DNA of 64,000 bases from an uncultured Clostridia bacterium (GCA_963558395.1 CAUWGE010000004.1:3446-67445), one strand, 5' to 3'. Positions 30,318 through 40,033 are shown, counted from the first letter of the stretch. A program made the numbers and translations. Notes: generated by a model from the letters alone, not told the origin.

Positions 30318-31436
30318 TTAATTATACAATGGAGATAATTTTCTCAAATTATTAACAATTTCAACTAGACATTTTATAGTATAATCAATTTCTTCTTTAT
30401 TATTATCTTTTCCTATACTAATTCTTATAGTACTATGTGCTATAGTGTCTGATAACCCTATTGCTTTTAATACATGAGAAGATTCTAAACTTCCTGTAGT
30501 ACATGCACTTCCTGTTGATACATATATACCTCTTTTATCTAATTCTTGTAATATATTATCCGCTTCTATAAAATCAAAAGAAACACTTATATTTCCTGGT
30601 ATTCTATTTATTAAATCTCCATTTATTTTTATTCCTTGTATATCTTTTTGGGTTTTATTTATAAAATAATTACTTAATTCAATTGTTTTTTTATTATTTT
30701 CTTCTAAATTTTCATAGACTAAAGACATTGCTTTAGCTAATCCAACTATACCAGCAACATTTTCTGTTCCAGCTCTTCTATTTCTTTCTTGATGTCCACC
30801 GTTTAAATATTTTCTAAATTTTATTCCATCCCTTAAATAAAGTACCCCTATCCCCTTTGGTCCATAAAATTTATGTGCTGATAAAGAAAGTGAATCTATA
30901 TTCATGTTTTTAACATCTATTTTTATATTACCTATTGCTTGTACACTGTCTGTATGAAATAAAATATTATTCTTCGTTGCAATTTTGCTTATTTCATTTA
31001 CTGGTTGAATCGTTCCTATTTCATTATTTGCAAATATTATTGATATTAAAATTGTATCTTTTCTTATTTTTTCTTCCAAATCTTTTAAATCCACAATTCC
31101 ATTTTTGTTTACTTTAACATATGAGACTTCGAACCCTTCTCTTTCCAATTCTTTACAAGTATCTAAAATTGCTGGATGTTCTATGGTGCTTGTAATAATA
31201 TGGTTTCCCTTTAAAGCATTTCCTAATGCGATTCCCTTTAAAGCCATATTATCAGATTCACTTCCTCCGCTTGTAAAATATATCTCATTTGGATTTGCAT
31301 TTAAATATAAAGCAACTTTTTTTCTTGCTTCCTCAATTGTTCTTTTATTATCCCTACCTATTTTATAAGCTGATGAAGGATTTCCATAATTTTCTTTTAA
31401 ATATGAAATCATTTCTTCAAAGACTCTATTATCCAT
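30318..31436 (-). CDS. cysteine desulfurase (NifS/IscS family); the first ~12 conserved codons lie in another frame upstream
   Basis: SAHKFYGPKGIG (PLP Lys) and GSACTTGS (active Cys). Upstream, ATG 31471 encodes MEVYLDNAATTK in the -1 frame. Confidence 0.8.
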   Translation of the reverse strand: MDNRVFEEMISYLKENYGNPSSAYKIGRDNKRTIEEARKKVALYLNANPNEIYFTSGGSESDNMALKGIALGNALKGNHIITSTIEHPAILDTCKELEREGFEVSYVKVNKNGIVDLKDLEEKIRKDTILISIIFANNEIGTIQPVNEISKIATKNNILFHTDSVQAIGNIKIDVKNMNIDSLSLSAHKFYGPKGIGVLYLRDGIKFRKYLNGGHQERNRRAGTENVAGIVGLAKAMSLVYENLEENNKKTIELSNYFINKTQKDIQGIKINGDLINRIPGNISVSFDFIEADNILQELDKRGIYVSTGSACTTGSLESSHVLKAIGLSDTIAHSTIRISIGKDNNKEEIDYTIKCLVEIVNNLRKLSPLYN

Positions 31437-31577
31437 TTTGTGGTTGCTGCATTATCTAAATATACTTCCATTATTATCACTTCTTTCTTCTTGTATTATA
31501 ACATACAAGATTTATATTTTAAATATATTGACAAAATTTAACTCTTATTATATTCTTTGTATATAGGAGGCGATATT

Positions 31578-31982
31578 TTGAATAATATAAGAGTAGGTTG
31601 TTCTGTTTTAATAAAATCAAATAATAAATTATTATTAGGAATTAGAAACAAAGAACCCAATAAAGGATTAGCCATTACTCCTGGTGGAGGAGTAGAATTA
31701 TTTGAAAATATGATAAATACAGTAAAAAGAGAAATTATGGAAGAAACCGGTTTAGAAATTACAAATATCAAACAATTAAAAACTTATGAAATTATTAATA
31801 AACCTGATGAACATCGAATCATAATATATTGGTCAGCAGATTATGATAAAAACTCTATTCATTCTGCAAGTGATTTAACAAATGCTAAATTTTATAGTAA
31901 AGAAGAAATTCAAGAATTGGATAAACTAGGAAAATTAAGTAGTATTACAAAGCAAGTTTTATCTGATAACAATTGGCTATAA
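31578..31982 (+). CDS. NUDIX hydrolase
   Basis: Nudix box GGGVELFENMINTVKREIMEETGLEI. Probable TTG start at 31578, 7 nt after the SD AGGAGG. Confidence 0.75.
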   Translation: MNNIRVGCSVLIKSNNKLLLGIRNKEPNKGLAITPGGGVELFENMINTVKREIMEETGLEITNIKQLKTYEIINKPDEHRIIIYWSADYDKNSIHSASDLTNAKFYSKEEIQELDKLGKLSSITKQVLSDNNWL

Positions 31983-31998
31983 AAATAGAACTAGGTAG

Positions 31999-32853
31999 TT
32001 ATCTATCTAGTTCTATCTCTTTACTTATTGACCTTTCTATATTCCATACTTCAAATACACAGAATTTTTCCTCATATATATTCATCATTATACCAAAGGG
32101 GGTTCTTGGCATTTGAATGTTCCCATAAATAACTTTATCTATACACTCATCATATAATTTTTTAAACAACTTATAATCTAAACGTGGTGTTTCTTCTGGT
32201 ATACTATTAACCATTTTCTGAACTCCTTGTTCTTTTAAATTGGAAACCAATTCATTTATTCTGTTATTTCTAGACACTCTATATTGTTCATCATTTATCT
32301 GAAATAATCCATTCCATACCATTTTTGCATCTTTATAATTATGTATAGGCTTTTCATAAATGGAATCCCAAGGTATTTGAATTGCTGTATGTACTGTTTT
32401 TCCTCGTGTAATATCTCCAACATCAAATCCAGGGCCGACATAATCAATTAAAATTCTATCTCCTTTTTCAAATACTACCATAATAGCACCATTAGTTCTA
32501 TATCTTGGAGTATAATGTCCTGTTAGCATAGTTGATGGATGTTTAGACATTAGGATTACACCATCTTCAGTACATTCTTTTATTTCTTTTAAGTAATTAT
32601 TTATATCATCTAGTTTAACATCTCTTCCTCGTATCATTTTATATCCCTGCCCAATTGGAGCATCCGTTCTACATAAAAGAGGTTCCTCTCCGAATATTTC
32701 TCTTATTTTTGGATTATTAGTATCTATATAATCTCTTAAAATATATACATCTCCAAAGGATTGTAATCCCAAACTATTGCAAATATCCCAACCTTTTAAT
32801 TTTCCGTATCTAGATATAATTTCTCTATCTTCCGCCTTTATCAAAGACCTCAT
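31999..32853 (-). CDS. hypothetical protein (284 aa), last gene of the uncharacterised operon
   Basis: An SD (GGAGAGAAGGA) precedes ATG 32853. Overlaps the upstream gene by 29 nt. No family recognised. Confidence 0.5.
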   Translation of the reverse strand: MRSLIKAEDREIISRYGKLKGWDICNSLGLQSFGDVYILRDYIDTNNPKIREIFGEEPLLCRTDAPIGQGYKMIRGRDVKLDDINNYLKEIKECTEDGVILMSKHPSTMLTGHYTPRYRTNGAIMVVFEKGDRILIDYVGPGFDVGDITRGKTVHTAIQIPWDSIYEKPIHNYKDAKMVWNGLFQINDEQYRVSRNNRINELVSNLKEQGVQKMVNSIPEETPRLDYKLFKKLYDECIDKVIYGNIQMPRTPFGIMMNIYEEKFCVFEVWNIERSISKEIELDR

Positions 32854-33685
32854 TATCCTTCTCTCCTATTTCTCTTTTTTTAAAATCAACCAACCAGCCT
32901 TCTAAACTTTTCATATTTACTACTGAATATCTGAGACCACTTTTTAGTAATATCAAACTTCCAACCGTTGCCTGTATTTCTCCTGAAATATATTCAGGTT
33001 TTGATATCCTTTCATATTCTTTATGAACAGGAGCATCCTTTCCTCCAAAAAGGTTTAATTGTCTGCTTTCTTCTAATAAATTTTGTCTAACTTTATTGGA
33101 AATATTTGTAAAATTATTATATTCTGGCTTTATAAAATATTTTTTACATCTCTCATCAATACTTCGTAAAATAGATTCGTATTTTTGCATAAGCATTCTA
33201 TCAATTTCTTCTTGTTCTCTATCTATTATAAAATTATTCATTTTATAGGAAGAATTTACTCTAGATGCTATCCCTAATTTAGATATTTGACTTTCTATTT
33301 GCCTTGCCATTCTACCATTTGGAGTCTGAGCCAAAAATATAGAATACAATGCTCCTTGTTCTAATATTCTCTCATATCTTCTATAACTTGCTGCTGTTCC
33401 AACCTTTAATTTATCATTTGCAAAATAAGCAAGATAAACATGATGTCCTTCATGACAAAACTCTCTTGCTTTACCACTATTAGTTTGGCATGTGCTACCA
33501 TTACACCCCAAGCACAAATCAAATCCGGATTTTTCTTGGCATTCCTTGCATTGACTATATCCACTATCTGTCAAATTACTAAAAGATTTACATGGTACAA
33601 TTTCTTTTTTTATTAAATCATAATATCCTTTACAATGTTTTTCCATTGTTTTTTTCACTTCTATAATTCCGTTCACAATCTTCAT
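32825..33685 (-). CDS. Cys-rich (putative zinc-ribbon) protein, possibly DUF2797-like
   Basis: N-terminal cysteines (CKECQEK...CLGCNGSTC...CHEGHHVYLAYF), then KLKVGTAASYRRYERILEQGA. The family call is from memory only. The start is uncertain because there is no SD at 33685. Confidence 0.45.
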   Translation of the reverse strand: MKIVNGIIEVKKTMEKHCKGYYDLIKKEIVPCKSFSNLTDSGYSQCKECQEKSGFDLCLGCNGSTCQTNSGKAREFCHEGHHVYLAYFANDKLKVGTAASYRRYERILEQGALYSIFLAQTPNGRMARQIESQISKLGIASRVNSSYKMNNFIIDREQEEIDRMLMQKYESILRSIDERCKKYFIKPEYNNFTNISNKVRQNLLEESRQLNLFGGKDAPVHKEYERISKPEYISGEIQATVGSLILLKSGLRYSVVNMKSLEGWLVDFKKREIGEKDNEVFDKGGR

Positions 33686-33763
33686 ATTGCATAGAATGTG
33701 TTACATTATCATACAATAATATTTTTGGTTTTTCATCCATCCATTTTATTCCTAAAAATTGTT

Positions 33764-34447
33764 TTATTCCCATATTGATGTTCCTTTCATCTTTTGGAAA
33801 TGTGGTCTTAATTTCTTAATTATTTCTATCATCCAGTCTTTTCTAATGTTTTCATTCCATAAAGCCCTATCTAATGCATTTATGTCTTTTGCAATTAATT
33901 TTCTAATAAATTGTGATTCCACTACTGGTGCATCTGCTAAAAACATTTCTCCATTTTGATTCTCATAATATAAATATGGTATATTTCGAGTTTTTTGATT
34001 TAATATTTCATTATAATCTTTTAAACTTCTTAATTCATATCCATATTTATGAAATTTATTTTTTACATCTGTATCAACAGCAACAATATGTAGATGTGCA
34101 TGATCAGAACAAGATCCACCTTTTGCTGAACAAGATAACGCTCCATGTTCATAAAATACGGATTTTCCGTAATTTTGTTCAAAAACTTTTTTTAACTCTT
34201 CTTTTATAATTTTCAATTCTTCAATTTGATTTTTCGGTAATTGTGATATTGATAAGCAATGCTCCTTTGGCACTATTAATAAATATCCTGGAACTAAAGG
34301 TCCTACCATAGGCATTATTACAAATTTATGTGTAGTTGCTACTATTCTGCTATTTAACCCTTCTTTTTCAAATTCGTCTTTTAAATATATATTAAAAAAA
34401 TTGTTTTCTTCTTTTCCATTTATTTCACTACAAAATGAACATTCCAT
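33764..34447 (-). CDS. HIT-superfamily nucleotide hydrolase/transferase-like protein
   Basis: Histidine triad DHAHLHIVAV, N-terminal CSFC, and a ~90-aa C-terminal extension. Confidence 0.65.
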   Translation of the reverse strand: MECSFCSEINGKEENNFFNIYLKDEFEKEGLNSRIVATTHKFVIMPMVGPLVPGYLLIVPKEHCLSISQLPKNQIEELKIIKEELKKVFEQNYGKSVFYEHGALSCSAKGGSCSDHAHLHIVAVDTDVKNKFHKYGYELRSLKDYNEILNQKTRNIPYLYYENQNGEMFLADAPVVESQFIRKLIAKDINALDRALWNENIRKDWMIEIIKKLRPHFQKMKGTSIWE

Positions 34448-34453
34448 ATATTA

Positions 34454-34867
34454 TTACCTCTCTTCTCCTAATTCTTTTTCATATTCTTTATTATTAATAG
34501 ATTTTACACATTTTTCTAACATTCTATATCCTACATTCATATTGTTGAAATCAGCTTTTGTTCCCCACCAATGATTGTTATTATCATATATAGTGTAATC
34601 TGTCCAATCTAATCTATTTAGTTTACCTTCATTAAACACTGGTGATCCAGGCAATGGTACAAATCTATACAAACTAATTCTATGTATATATTCTCTTAAC
34701 TCTTTTAAATATTGTATTGTTTCTAAACTTGATTCAATATTTTCCCCTGGATACCCATGCATTATATATAATTTAACAGGTATACCATTTTTATGCAACC
34801 TTTTTATTACTTCTTTAGCATTTTCCTTAATTTTAAAAGTAAATTCCATAGGAGGAATAATCGGAAT
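34454..34867 (-). pseudogene. C-terminal fragment of a radical SAM (B12-binding/elongator-type) enzyme, N-terminus removed at the IS30 junction
   Basis: The frame is open up to 34867 (..IPIIPPMEFTFK..). It contains the typical distal segment YIMHGYPGENIESSLETIQYLKEL...FVPLPGSPVF but no CxxxCxxC, and no N-terminal half is found beyond the IS. Confidence 0.55.
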
Positions 34868-36300
34868 TTAGTTTTAATAAAAAATATTGTATAATTAAAT
34901 TAATACTTTTCTTGGGGACAAGGAGGTATTTTATGTCAAATCAAAAACATTTATCTTTAGAGGATCGTAATTACATTGAACAAGCTCTTAGTCAAAATAT
35001 GTCTTTTAAGGAAATTGCTAAGTTTCTTTGTAAGGACCCTACTACTATCTCTAAAGAAATTAAAAAACATAAGATTAGAAAAGAACCTAATACTTTTAAT
35101 AATACATCCGGAAATATTTGTACTAAAAGATTTCTTTGCGAGAAGAAGAATGTTTGTGGGCTTAATTGTACTAAAAAATGTGCTCGTTGTAACAAGTGTA
35201 ATAAGTTTTGTAGTGACTTTGAAGAAGAGATTTGCCCTGCTTTAAAAACTGCTCCTTATGTTTGTAATCCTTGTAAAAATAAGTCCTCTTGTAGATTAGT
35301 TAAGTTTTACTATCATGCTATGCCTTCATATAAACAGTATAAAAATCTTTTATCTACTTCTAGGCAAGGTCCTAATATTTCTGATGAAGACTTAACTGAT
35401 TTAGATAATTTAGTATCCCCTGCTTTAAAGGATGGTCAAAGTCTTTCTCACATCTTCGATACTCAAGAAATTCCTTGTTGTAAAACTACTCTTTACAATT
35501 ATGTTTCTTCTAATTTACTTACTGCTAGAAACATTGACATTCCTAGAAAAGTTAGGATGTCATCTAGAAAATCTAAACGTTCTACTCCTAAAGATTCTGC
35601 TATTCGTAAAGGTAGAACTTATCTAGATTTTCAAAATTATTTACTAGATAATCCTGATTCTTCTGTTGTTGAAATGGATACTGTTGAAGGTAAAAAAGGT
35701 GGTAAAGTTTTACTTACTTTTCTTTTTAGAAATTCGAAGCTTATGTTAAGTTTCATCATGGACGACAAAACTTCTAATTCTGTTTTAAAAGTATTTAACT
35801 GGCTAGAAGCTATTTTAGGCAATGAACTTTTTGAAAAGACTTTCCCTGTTATTCTTACAGACAATGGTTCAGAATTTTCTAATCCTCTTAGTCTCGAATT
35901 TAACAATGAAGGTATTGGTAGAACTAGAATATTCTTTTGTGACCCTTCTGCTTCTTACCAAAAGGGAGCTATTGAGAAGAACCACGAATTTATTAGGTAT
36001 ATACTTCCTAAAGGAACCTCTTTTGACGAGCTTACCCAAAAAGATATTACTAAAATGATTAACCACATCAATAGTTATTCTAGGACCAGTTTAAACCATA
36101 CTACACCATTTGACCTAGCTTCACTTTTGTTAGACAAAAGAGTAATAAAAAAGTTAGATCTCACAAAGGTACCAGCCAATGAGATCCAACTCAAACCAAA
36201 ACTACTAAAGAAAAAATAAAATAATTTTTTAATAAATTTAACCCCAAGTAAAGTAGAGTGAATTTATTTTCCATAATTTAACGAGTGGAATTTAATTTTA
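34864..36300 (+). mobile_element. IS30-family insertion sequence (ends only approximate)
   Basis: A single transposase ORF abutting the truncated radical SAM gene. The inverted pair ACTTTTCTTGGGG (34904..34917) / CCCCAAGTAAAGT (36244..36256) flanks the ORF, but the true termini are unresolved. Confidence 0.6.
34933..36219 (+). CDS. IS30-family DDE transposase with Cys-rich insertion
   Basis: N-terminal HTH (LSLEDRNYIEQALSQNMSFKEIAKFL) and DDE region (VEMDTVEG, ILTDNGSEF, YQKGAIEKNHEFIR). Start at ATG 34933, after the SD AAGGAGG. Confidence 0.85.
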   Translation: MSNQKHLSLEDRNYIEQALSQNMSFKEIAKFLCKDPTTISKEIKKHKIRKEPNTFNNTSGNICTKRFLCEKKNVCGLNCTKKCARCNKCNKFCSDFEEEICPALKTAPYVCNPCKNKSSCRLVKFYYHAMPSYKQYKNLLSTSRQGPNISDEDLTDLDNLVSPALKDGQSLSHIFDTQEIPCCKTTLYNYVSSNLLTARNIDIPRKVRMSSRKSKRSTPKDSAIRKGRTYLDFQNYLLDNPDSSVVEMDTVEGKKGGKVLLTFLFRNSKLMLSFIMDDKTSNSVLKVFNWLEAILGNELFEKTFPVILTDNGSEFSNPLSLEFNNEGIGRTRIFFCDPSASYQKGAIEKNHEFIRYILPKGTSFDELTQKDITKMINHINSYSRTSLNHTTPFDLASLLLDKRVIKKLDLTKVPANEIQLKPKLLKKK

Positions 36301-36494
36301 AAAATTCTATTCCTGTCGTTTATTAACTATGCTCTCATTTTAAATTTTCTTCGTACTAATAATATTATACTATATTTTTTTGCAATTTCCAACTATATTT
36401 AATCAATCATTATATTTCTAATCATTGAAATACCTGAATTCTCTTTTGTTATAGTAAATTCAGCTAAAAGTGGAATTTACTTTTGAAACTAACC

Positions 36495-36543
36495 TTTACA
36501 TATTTTTTTATAATACATATTTTACATATTTTTTTATAATACA
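36495..36543. repeat. two perfect copies of the 23-nt unit TTTACATATTTTTTTATAATACA separated by 3 nt
   Basis: Read directly at 36495..36517 and 36521..36543, inside a ~560-bp non-coding stretch. Confidence 0.85.
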
Positions 36544-36737
36544 CTTAATTTAGAAAAGGGACAAAAATTATTTAAAGGATTTTTTTACACTACATATGGC
36601 GATTGGGTAAGTTAGAAGGAAAAAGAAAATCTTAATATTTTCTTTCAAAGAAGGCATATTCTAGAACACAATAATGGAATTGTTGACGAAAAATATAAAG
36701 AATTTTTATATAGTTTTATAGCTTTTCATAGAAAGTT

Positions 36738-36780
36738 AAAAATAAAGGAAATCTGCTAATCTTAGGTGACTAGCAGATTT
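36738..36780 (-). terminator. intrinsic terminator of the rplM-rpsI operon
   Basis: Stem AAATCTGCTA / TAGCAGATTT followed by CCTTTATTTTT on the - strand, about 30 nt after the rpsI stop. Confidence 0.65.
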
Positions 36781-36807
36781 ATATGTTTTATAAAATTAGT
36801 TCTGATT

Positions 36808-37212
36808 TTATCTCTTGCTGAATTGTGGTGCTTTACGAGCTTTTTTAAGACCATATTTCTTTCTTTCCTTCTTACGAGAATCTCTTGTTAAGAATCCGCT
36901 TGATTTTAATATTGGTCTAAATTCTTCTTGGTTAGCTTCGTTTAATGCTCTAGCAATTCCGTGACGTACTGCTCCTGCTTGACCGCTAAATCCACCACCT
37001 TGAACTTTTACAATTACATCATATTTAGCTAATGTATTTGTAGCTGTTAATGGTTGTTTAACTATTACTCTTAATGTTTCTTCTGGAAAATATTCATTAA
37101 TATCTTTTCCATTTACTGTTATGTTTCCTTTTCCTTCTACAAGTCTTACTCTAGCAATTGAGCTTTTTCTTCTACCTGTTCCTAAGAATACAACTTTTTC
37201 TGTTTTAGCCAT
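36808..37212 (-). CDS. rpsI: 30S ribosomal protein S9
   Basis: [19 protein letters not shown] and the C-terminal [17 protein letters not shown]. Confidence 0.95.
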   Translation of the reverse strand: MAKTEKVVFLGTGRRKSSIARVRLVEGKGNITVNGKDINEYFPEETLRVIVKQPLTATNTLAKYDVIVKVQGGGFSGQAGAVRHGIARALNEANQEEFRPILKSSGFLTRDSRKKERKKYGLKKARKAPQFSKR

Positions 37213-37229
37213 TTATATATTCCTCCTAC

Positions 37230-37664
37230 TTAAAAATTCCATAATTCAGGTTTTTGTGCTGCATTTTCATGTTCAGCTCCTGTATATACTCTTAATTTTG
37301 TTAACATTTTTCTACCTAAGCTATTATGTGGTAACATTCCTTTTACTGCTATATACATAGCTTTGTCTGCTTTTTGCTCCATCATATCTTTTGCTAAAGT
37401 TTTTTTCATATTTCCAATATATCCTGTAAAATGAGTATATAATTTTTGATTAATTTTGTTTCCTGTAAGTACTGCCTTATCACAGTTTGTAATTATTACA
37501 AAATCACCATTATCTAAATTTGGTGAATATGTTGGTTTATGTTTTCCTCTTAATAATTTTGCTGCTTCTGCTGCAACTCTACCTAAAGATTTGCCTTCTG
37601 CATCTATTATATACCATTTTCTTTCGATATCATTTTTCTTAACACTATATGTAGTATTATTCAT
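37230..37664 (-). CDS. rplM: 50S ribosomal protein L13
   Basis: KWYIIDAEGKSLGRVAAEAAKLLRGKHKPTY. The start is at M7 of the track ORF. Confidence 0.95.
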   Translation of the reverse strand: MNNTTYSVKKNDIERKWYIIDAEGKSLGRVAAEAAKLLRGKHKPTYSPNLDNGDFVIITNCDKAVLTGNKINQKLYTHFTGYIGNMKKTLAKDMMEQKADKAMYIAVKGMLPHNSLGRKMLTKLRVYTGAEHENAAQKPELWNF

Positions 37665-37746
37665 GGTAAATCTATCCTCCATTTCATTGTTTATTGTTTA
37701 AGTCTAAAAGTTTTTTTTACTTTTATTAATTTAATATTATTTTTAA

Positions 37747-38100
37747 TTATTTTGCTTTTTTAGCTATTTTGCATATTTCTGCAAATGCTTTTTCGTCAGA
37801 AACTGCTAATTCTGCAAGCATTTTTCTATTTACTGTAACATTTGCTTTCTTTAATCCATTAATTAATGTGCTATATGTCATTCCATTCATTCTAGCTGCT
37901 GCATTAATTCTGATTATCCATAATTTTCTGAAATCACTTTTCTTATCTTTTCTTCCAACATATGCATATGCACCTGATTTCATAACTGCTTGTTTTGCTT
38001 GTCTAAATCTATAATGCTTTGCACCATAATATCCTTTTGCTCTTTTTAATATTTTTTTATGTTTTTTTCTTGTAATTATAGCTGTTTTAACTCTTGCCAT
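37747..38100 (-). CDS. rplT: 50S ribosomal protein L20
   Basis: [29 protein letters not shown]... Confidence 0.95.
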   Translation of the reverse strand: MARVKTAIITRKKHKKILKRAKGYYGAKHYRFRQAKQAVMKSGAYAYVGRKDKKSDFRKLWIIRINAAARMNGMTYSTLINGLKKANVTVNRKMLAELAVSDEKAFAEICKIAKKAK

Positions 38101-38121
38101 TTTTATTCACCTTCCTTATAA

Positions 38122-38325
38122 TTAATTTCCATATGGTAATAATTTTTTTACATGGTTTTTGCATGTACTATCAACATAAGCATTTTGAACACTTCCTGAA
38201 GATTTTTGTCTATTTGTTTTGTTTCCTAATAAGTGTCTTCTATTTGATTTTGTTCTCTTCACTTTTCCAGTAGCTGTATATTTATATCTTTTACTTGCAG
38301 CTTTATTTGTTTTTAACTTTGCCAT
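38122..38325 (-). CDS. rpmI: 50S ribosomal protein L35
   Basis: MAKLKTNKAASKRYKYTATGKVKR... Confidence 0.9.
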   Translation of the reverse strand: MAKLKTNKAASKRYKYTATGKVKRTKSNRRHLLGNKTNRQKSSGSVQNAYVDSTCKNHVKKLLPYGN

Positions 38326-38359
38326 GATAATTCCTCCTTGAATATTATATATATATAAA

Positions 38360-38869
38360 TTAGCTCTTTTTTGCTAATATTATAAACAAATTTTTTCCTT
38401 CTAATATAGGTCTTTTTTCTGCTACCGATACATCACTTAGAACTTCTATAAACTTATTTAAAACTTCTTCTCCTTGTTTTACATAGTTTAACTCTCTTCC
38501 TCTAAATCTAACGGTAATTTTAACTTTGTTTCCATCTTCTAAGAATTTTTTTGCATTCTTAGATTTAAAATCAAAATCATGTTTATCTATATTTGGTGTA
38601 ATCCTTATTTCTTTAATCTCAAATGTTTTTTGTTTTTTTCTAGCTTCTTTTTCTTTTTTAGATTGCTCAAATTTGTATTTTCCATAGTTCATGATTTTAC
38701 AAACCTTTGGATTATTATTTGGAGCTACTAAAACTAAATCCAATTTTTTCTCATAAGCTTTATTAAGAGCATCTTGTAATGGAAGAACTCCTAATTTTTC
38801 TCCATTTTCATCAATAACCTGAACTTCATTTGCTCTAATGTGTTCATTGATTGGTAATTCTTGTTTTAT
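38360..38869 (-). CDS. infC: translation initiation factor IF-3, probable non-AUG (ATA) start
   Basis: INEHIRANEVQVIDENGEKLGV... The SD AGGAGGTG lies inside the track ORF, 7 nt upstream of ATA 38869..38867. The track start at 38899 has no SD. Confidence 0.85.
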   Translation of the reverse strand: MKQELPINEHIRANEVQVIDENGEKLGVLPLQDALNKAYEKKLDLVLVAPNNNPKVCKIMNYGKYKFEQSKKEKEARKKQKTFEIKEIRITPNIDKHDFDFKSKNAKKFLEDGNKVKITVRFRGRELNYVKQGEEVLNKFIEVLSDVSVAEKRPILEGKNLFIILAKKS

Positions 38870-38904
38870 ATTAAAACACCTCCTAATTTTAGAATACACA
38901 TTTT

Positions 38905-39063
38905 TTCATAATAAAAAGATTGGTTTTTAAAGCCAATCTACCTCTCAAAATAACTATATTATTATATAAATTATTTTTTAACCTGTTGCTCATTTGCTAA
39001 GGTGAGAAGTATGCTTCTTCTTTAATACTTTTACAGTATAACATAGATATTCAAAAAAGTCAA
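38905..39063 (-). promoter_or_regulatory. infC-rpmI-rplT promoter plus leader with attenuator terminator (L20-leader-like)
   Basis: On the - strand, TTGACT-17-TATACT (39063..39035). A ~150-nt leader ends in the hairpin AGATTGG..CCAATCT + TTTTATTAT (38940..38905), just upstream of the infC SD. Confidence 0.5.
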
Positions 39064-39163
39064 TAGAAATTTCAATCGGTTTTACCAAATTTTTAAATTT
39101 TTTCCGTTAAATTCCTTGCCTCTCAAAACAATTTCTTTTTTCTCACCTTTTTAATATGTTTTT

Positions 39164-39634
39164 TTACATTGTTCTATAATTATTTTTATCTGCCCTTTCA
39201 TCTATCTTTCTGTCGTACTCTTTATTTCCATAATACCAGTCTGTTTTTTTATCAGTTGGCTCTCTTCCCTTTTCTACTGCTAAATCAATAAGTACTACAA
39301 AAGCTAGAATTATCGCAATAAAAGATGTTAATGCTGTCATATATGTATTTCCGCTAGCGGTACCACCTTGAAGCATTGGGAGTACTGAGTTAAATAAGTC
39401 CATTCCAAAGTATGCTAAGTATGAAAGAAAGTATATAATTCCTCCAATTATTTTTCTTTTAAATACTAATACTATACATATTAATGTTACAAATAAAAGT
39501 ATTATTTCGACTGTTAGATTAATTGGTGCTACTACAAAATCTGCATAAATAGCTGCTTCATATGCAACAAGTACTCTAAATGCCCAGTACATTATCATAA
39601 ACATTACAATCATCCAATTTGCAAAAGTTTTCAT
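39164..39634 (-). CDS. hypothetical 4-TM membrane protein
   Basis: Hydrophobic ORF with a charged C-terminal tail. Confidence 0.5.
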   Translation of the reverse strand: MKTFANWMIVMFMIMYWAFRVLVAYEAAIYADFVVAPINLTVEIILLFVTLICIVLVFKRKIIGGIIYFLSYLAYFGMDLFNSVLPMLQGGTASGNTYMTALTSFIAIILAFVVLIDLAVEKGREPTDKKTDWYYGNKEYDRKIDERADKNNYRTM

Positions 39635-39727
39635 GTTTTTTCCTCTTTCCTATATTTTTCTATTGTATAAAGTATTAAAGAGCTTCTTTTGCATTTTATA
39701 AGTGCTAGAAACTCTTTATTTTTTAAT

Positions 39728-40033
39728 TTAGTCTACAAAATTAAATTCATCTTTGAATTTTTCTTTAAATATTTCAAAAACTGCATTTAAAACATCTTCA
39801 TCTTCTACACTTACATAAGATTCTTCGTCACTGTTTTCATCTGCTACTTTTTCAGTTTTTAAAATAACTACTTCATCTGCCTCTGCATCTTCTGTTTCTG
39901 CTACTGGTAATAATATAACATATTCTTCACCTTCGTAATCTATTAAGTCTAAAAATTCAAATTGTACTTCATTTCCTTCCTCATCATTTAAAACTACAAT
40001 ATTGTCATCTAATTGTTCATTATTCTCGTCCAT
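39728..40033 (-). CDS. DUF1292-family acidic protein
   Basis: VVLNDEEGNEVQFEFLDLIDYEGEEYVILLP pattern. Confidence 0.65.
   Translation of the reverse strand: MDENNEQLDDNIVVLNDEEGNEVQFEFLDLIDYEGEEYVILLPVAETEDAEADEVVILKTEKVADENSDEESYVSVEDEDVLNAVFEIFKEKFKDEFNFVD

Noticed and set aside
31538-31771. 77-aa - strand ORF
   Set aside because: It is antisense to the NUDIX hydrolase gene, which carries a complete Nudix box.
34904-36256. ACTTTTCTTGGGG / CCCCAAGTAAAGT as the terminal inverted repeats of the IS30 element
   Set aside because: The left copy overlaps the SD/start region of the transposase gene and the match is only ~13 nt. The true termini probably lie further out, so I report the element ends as approximate.
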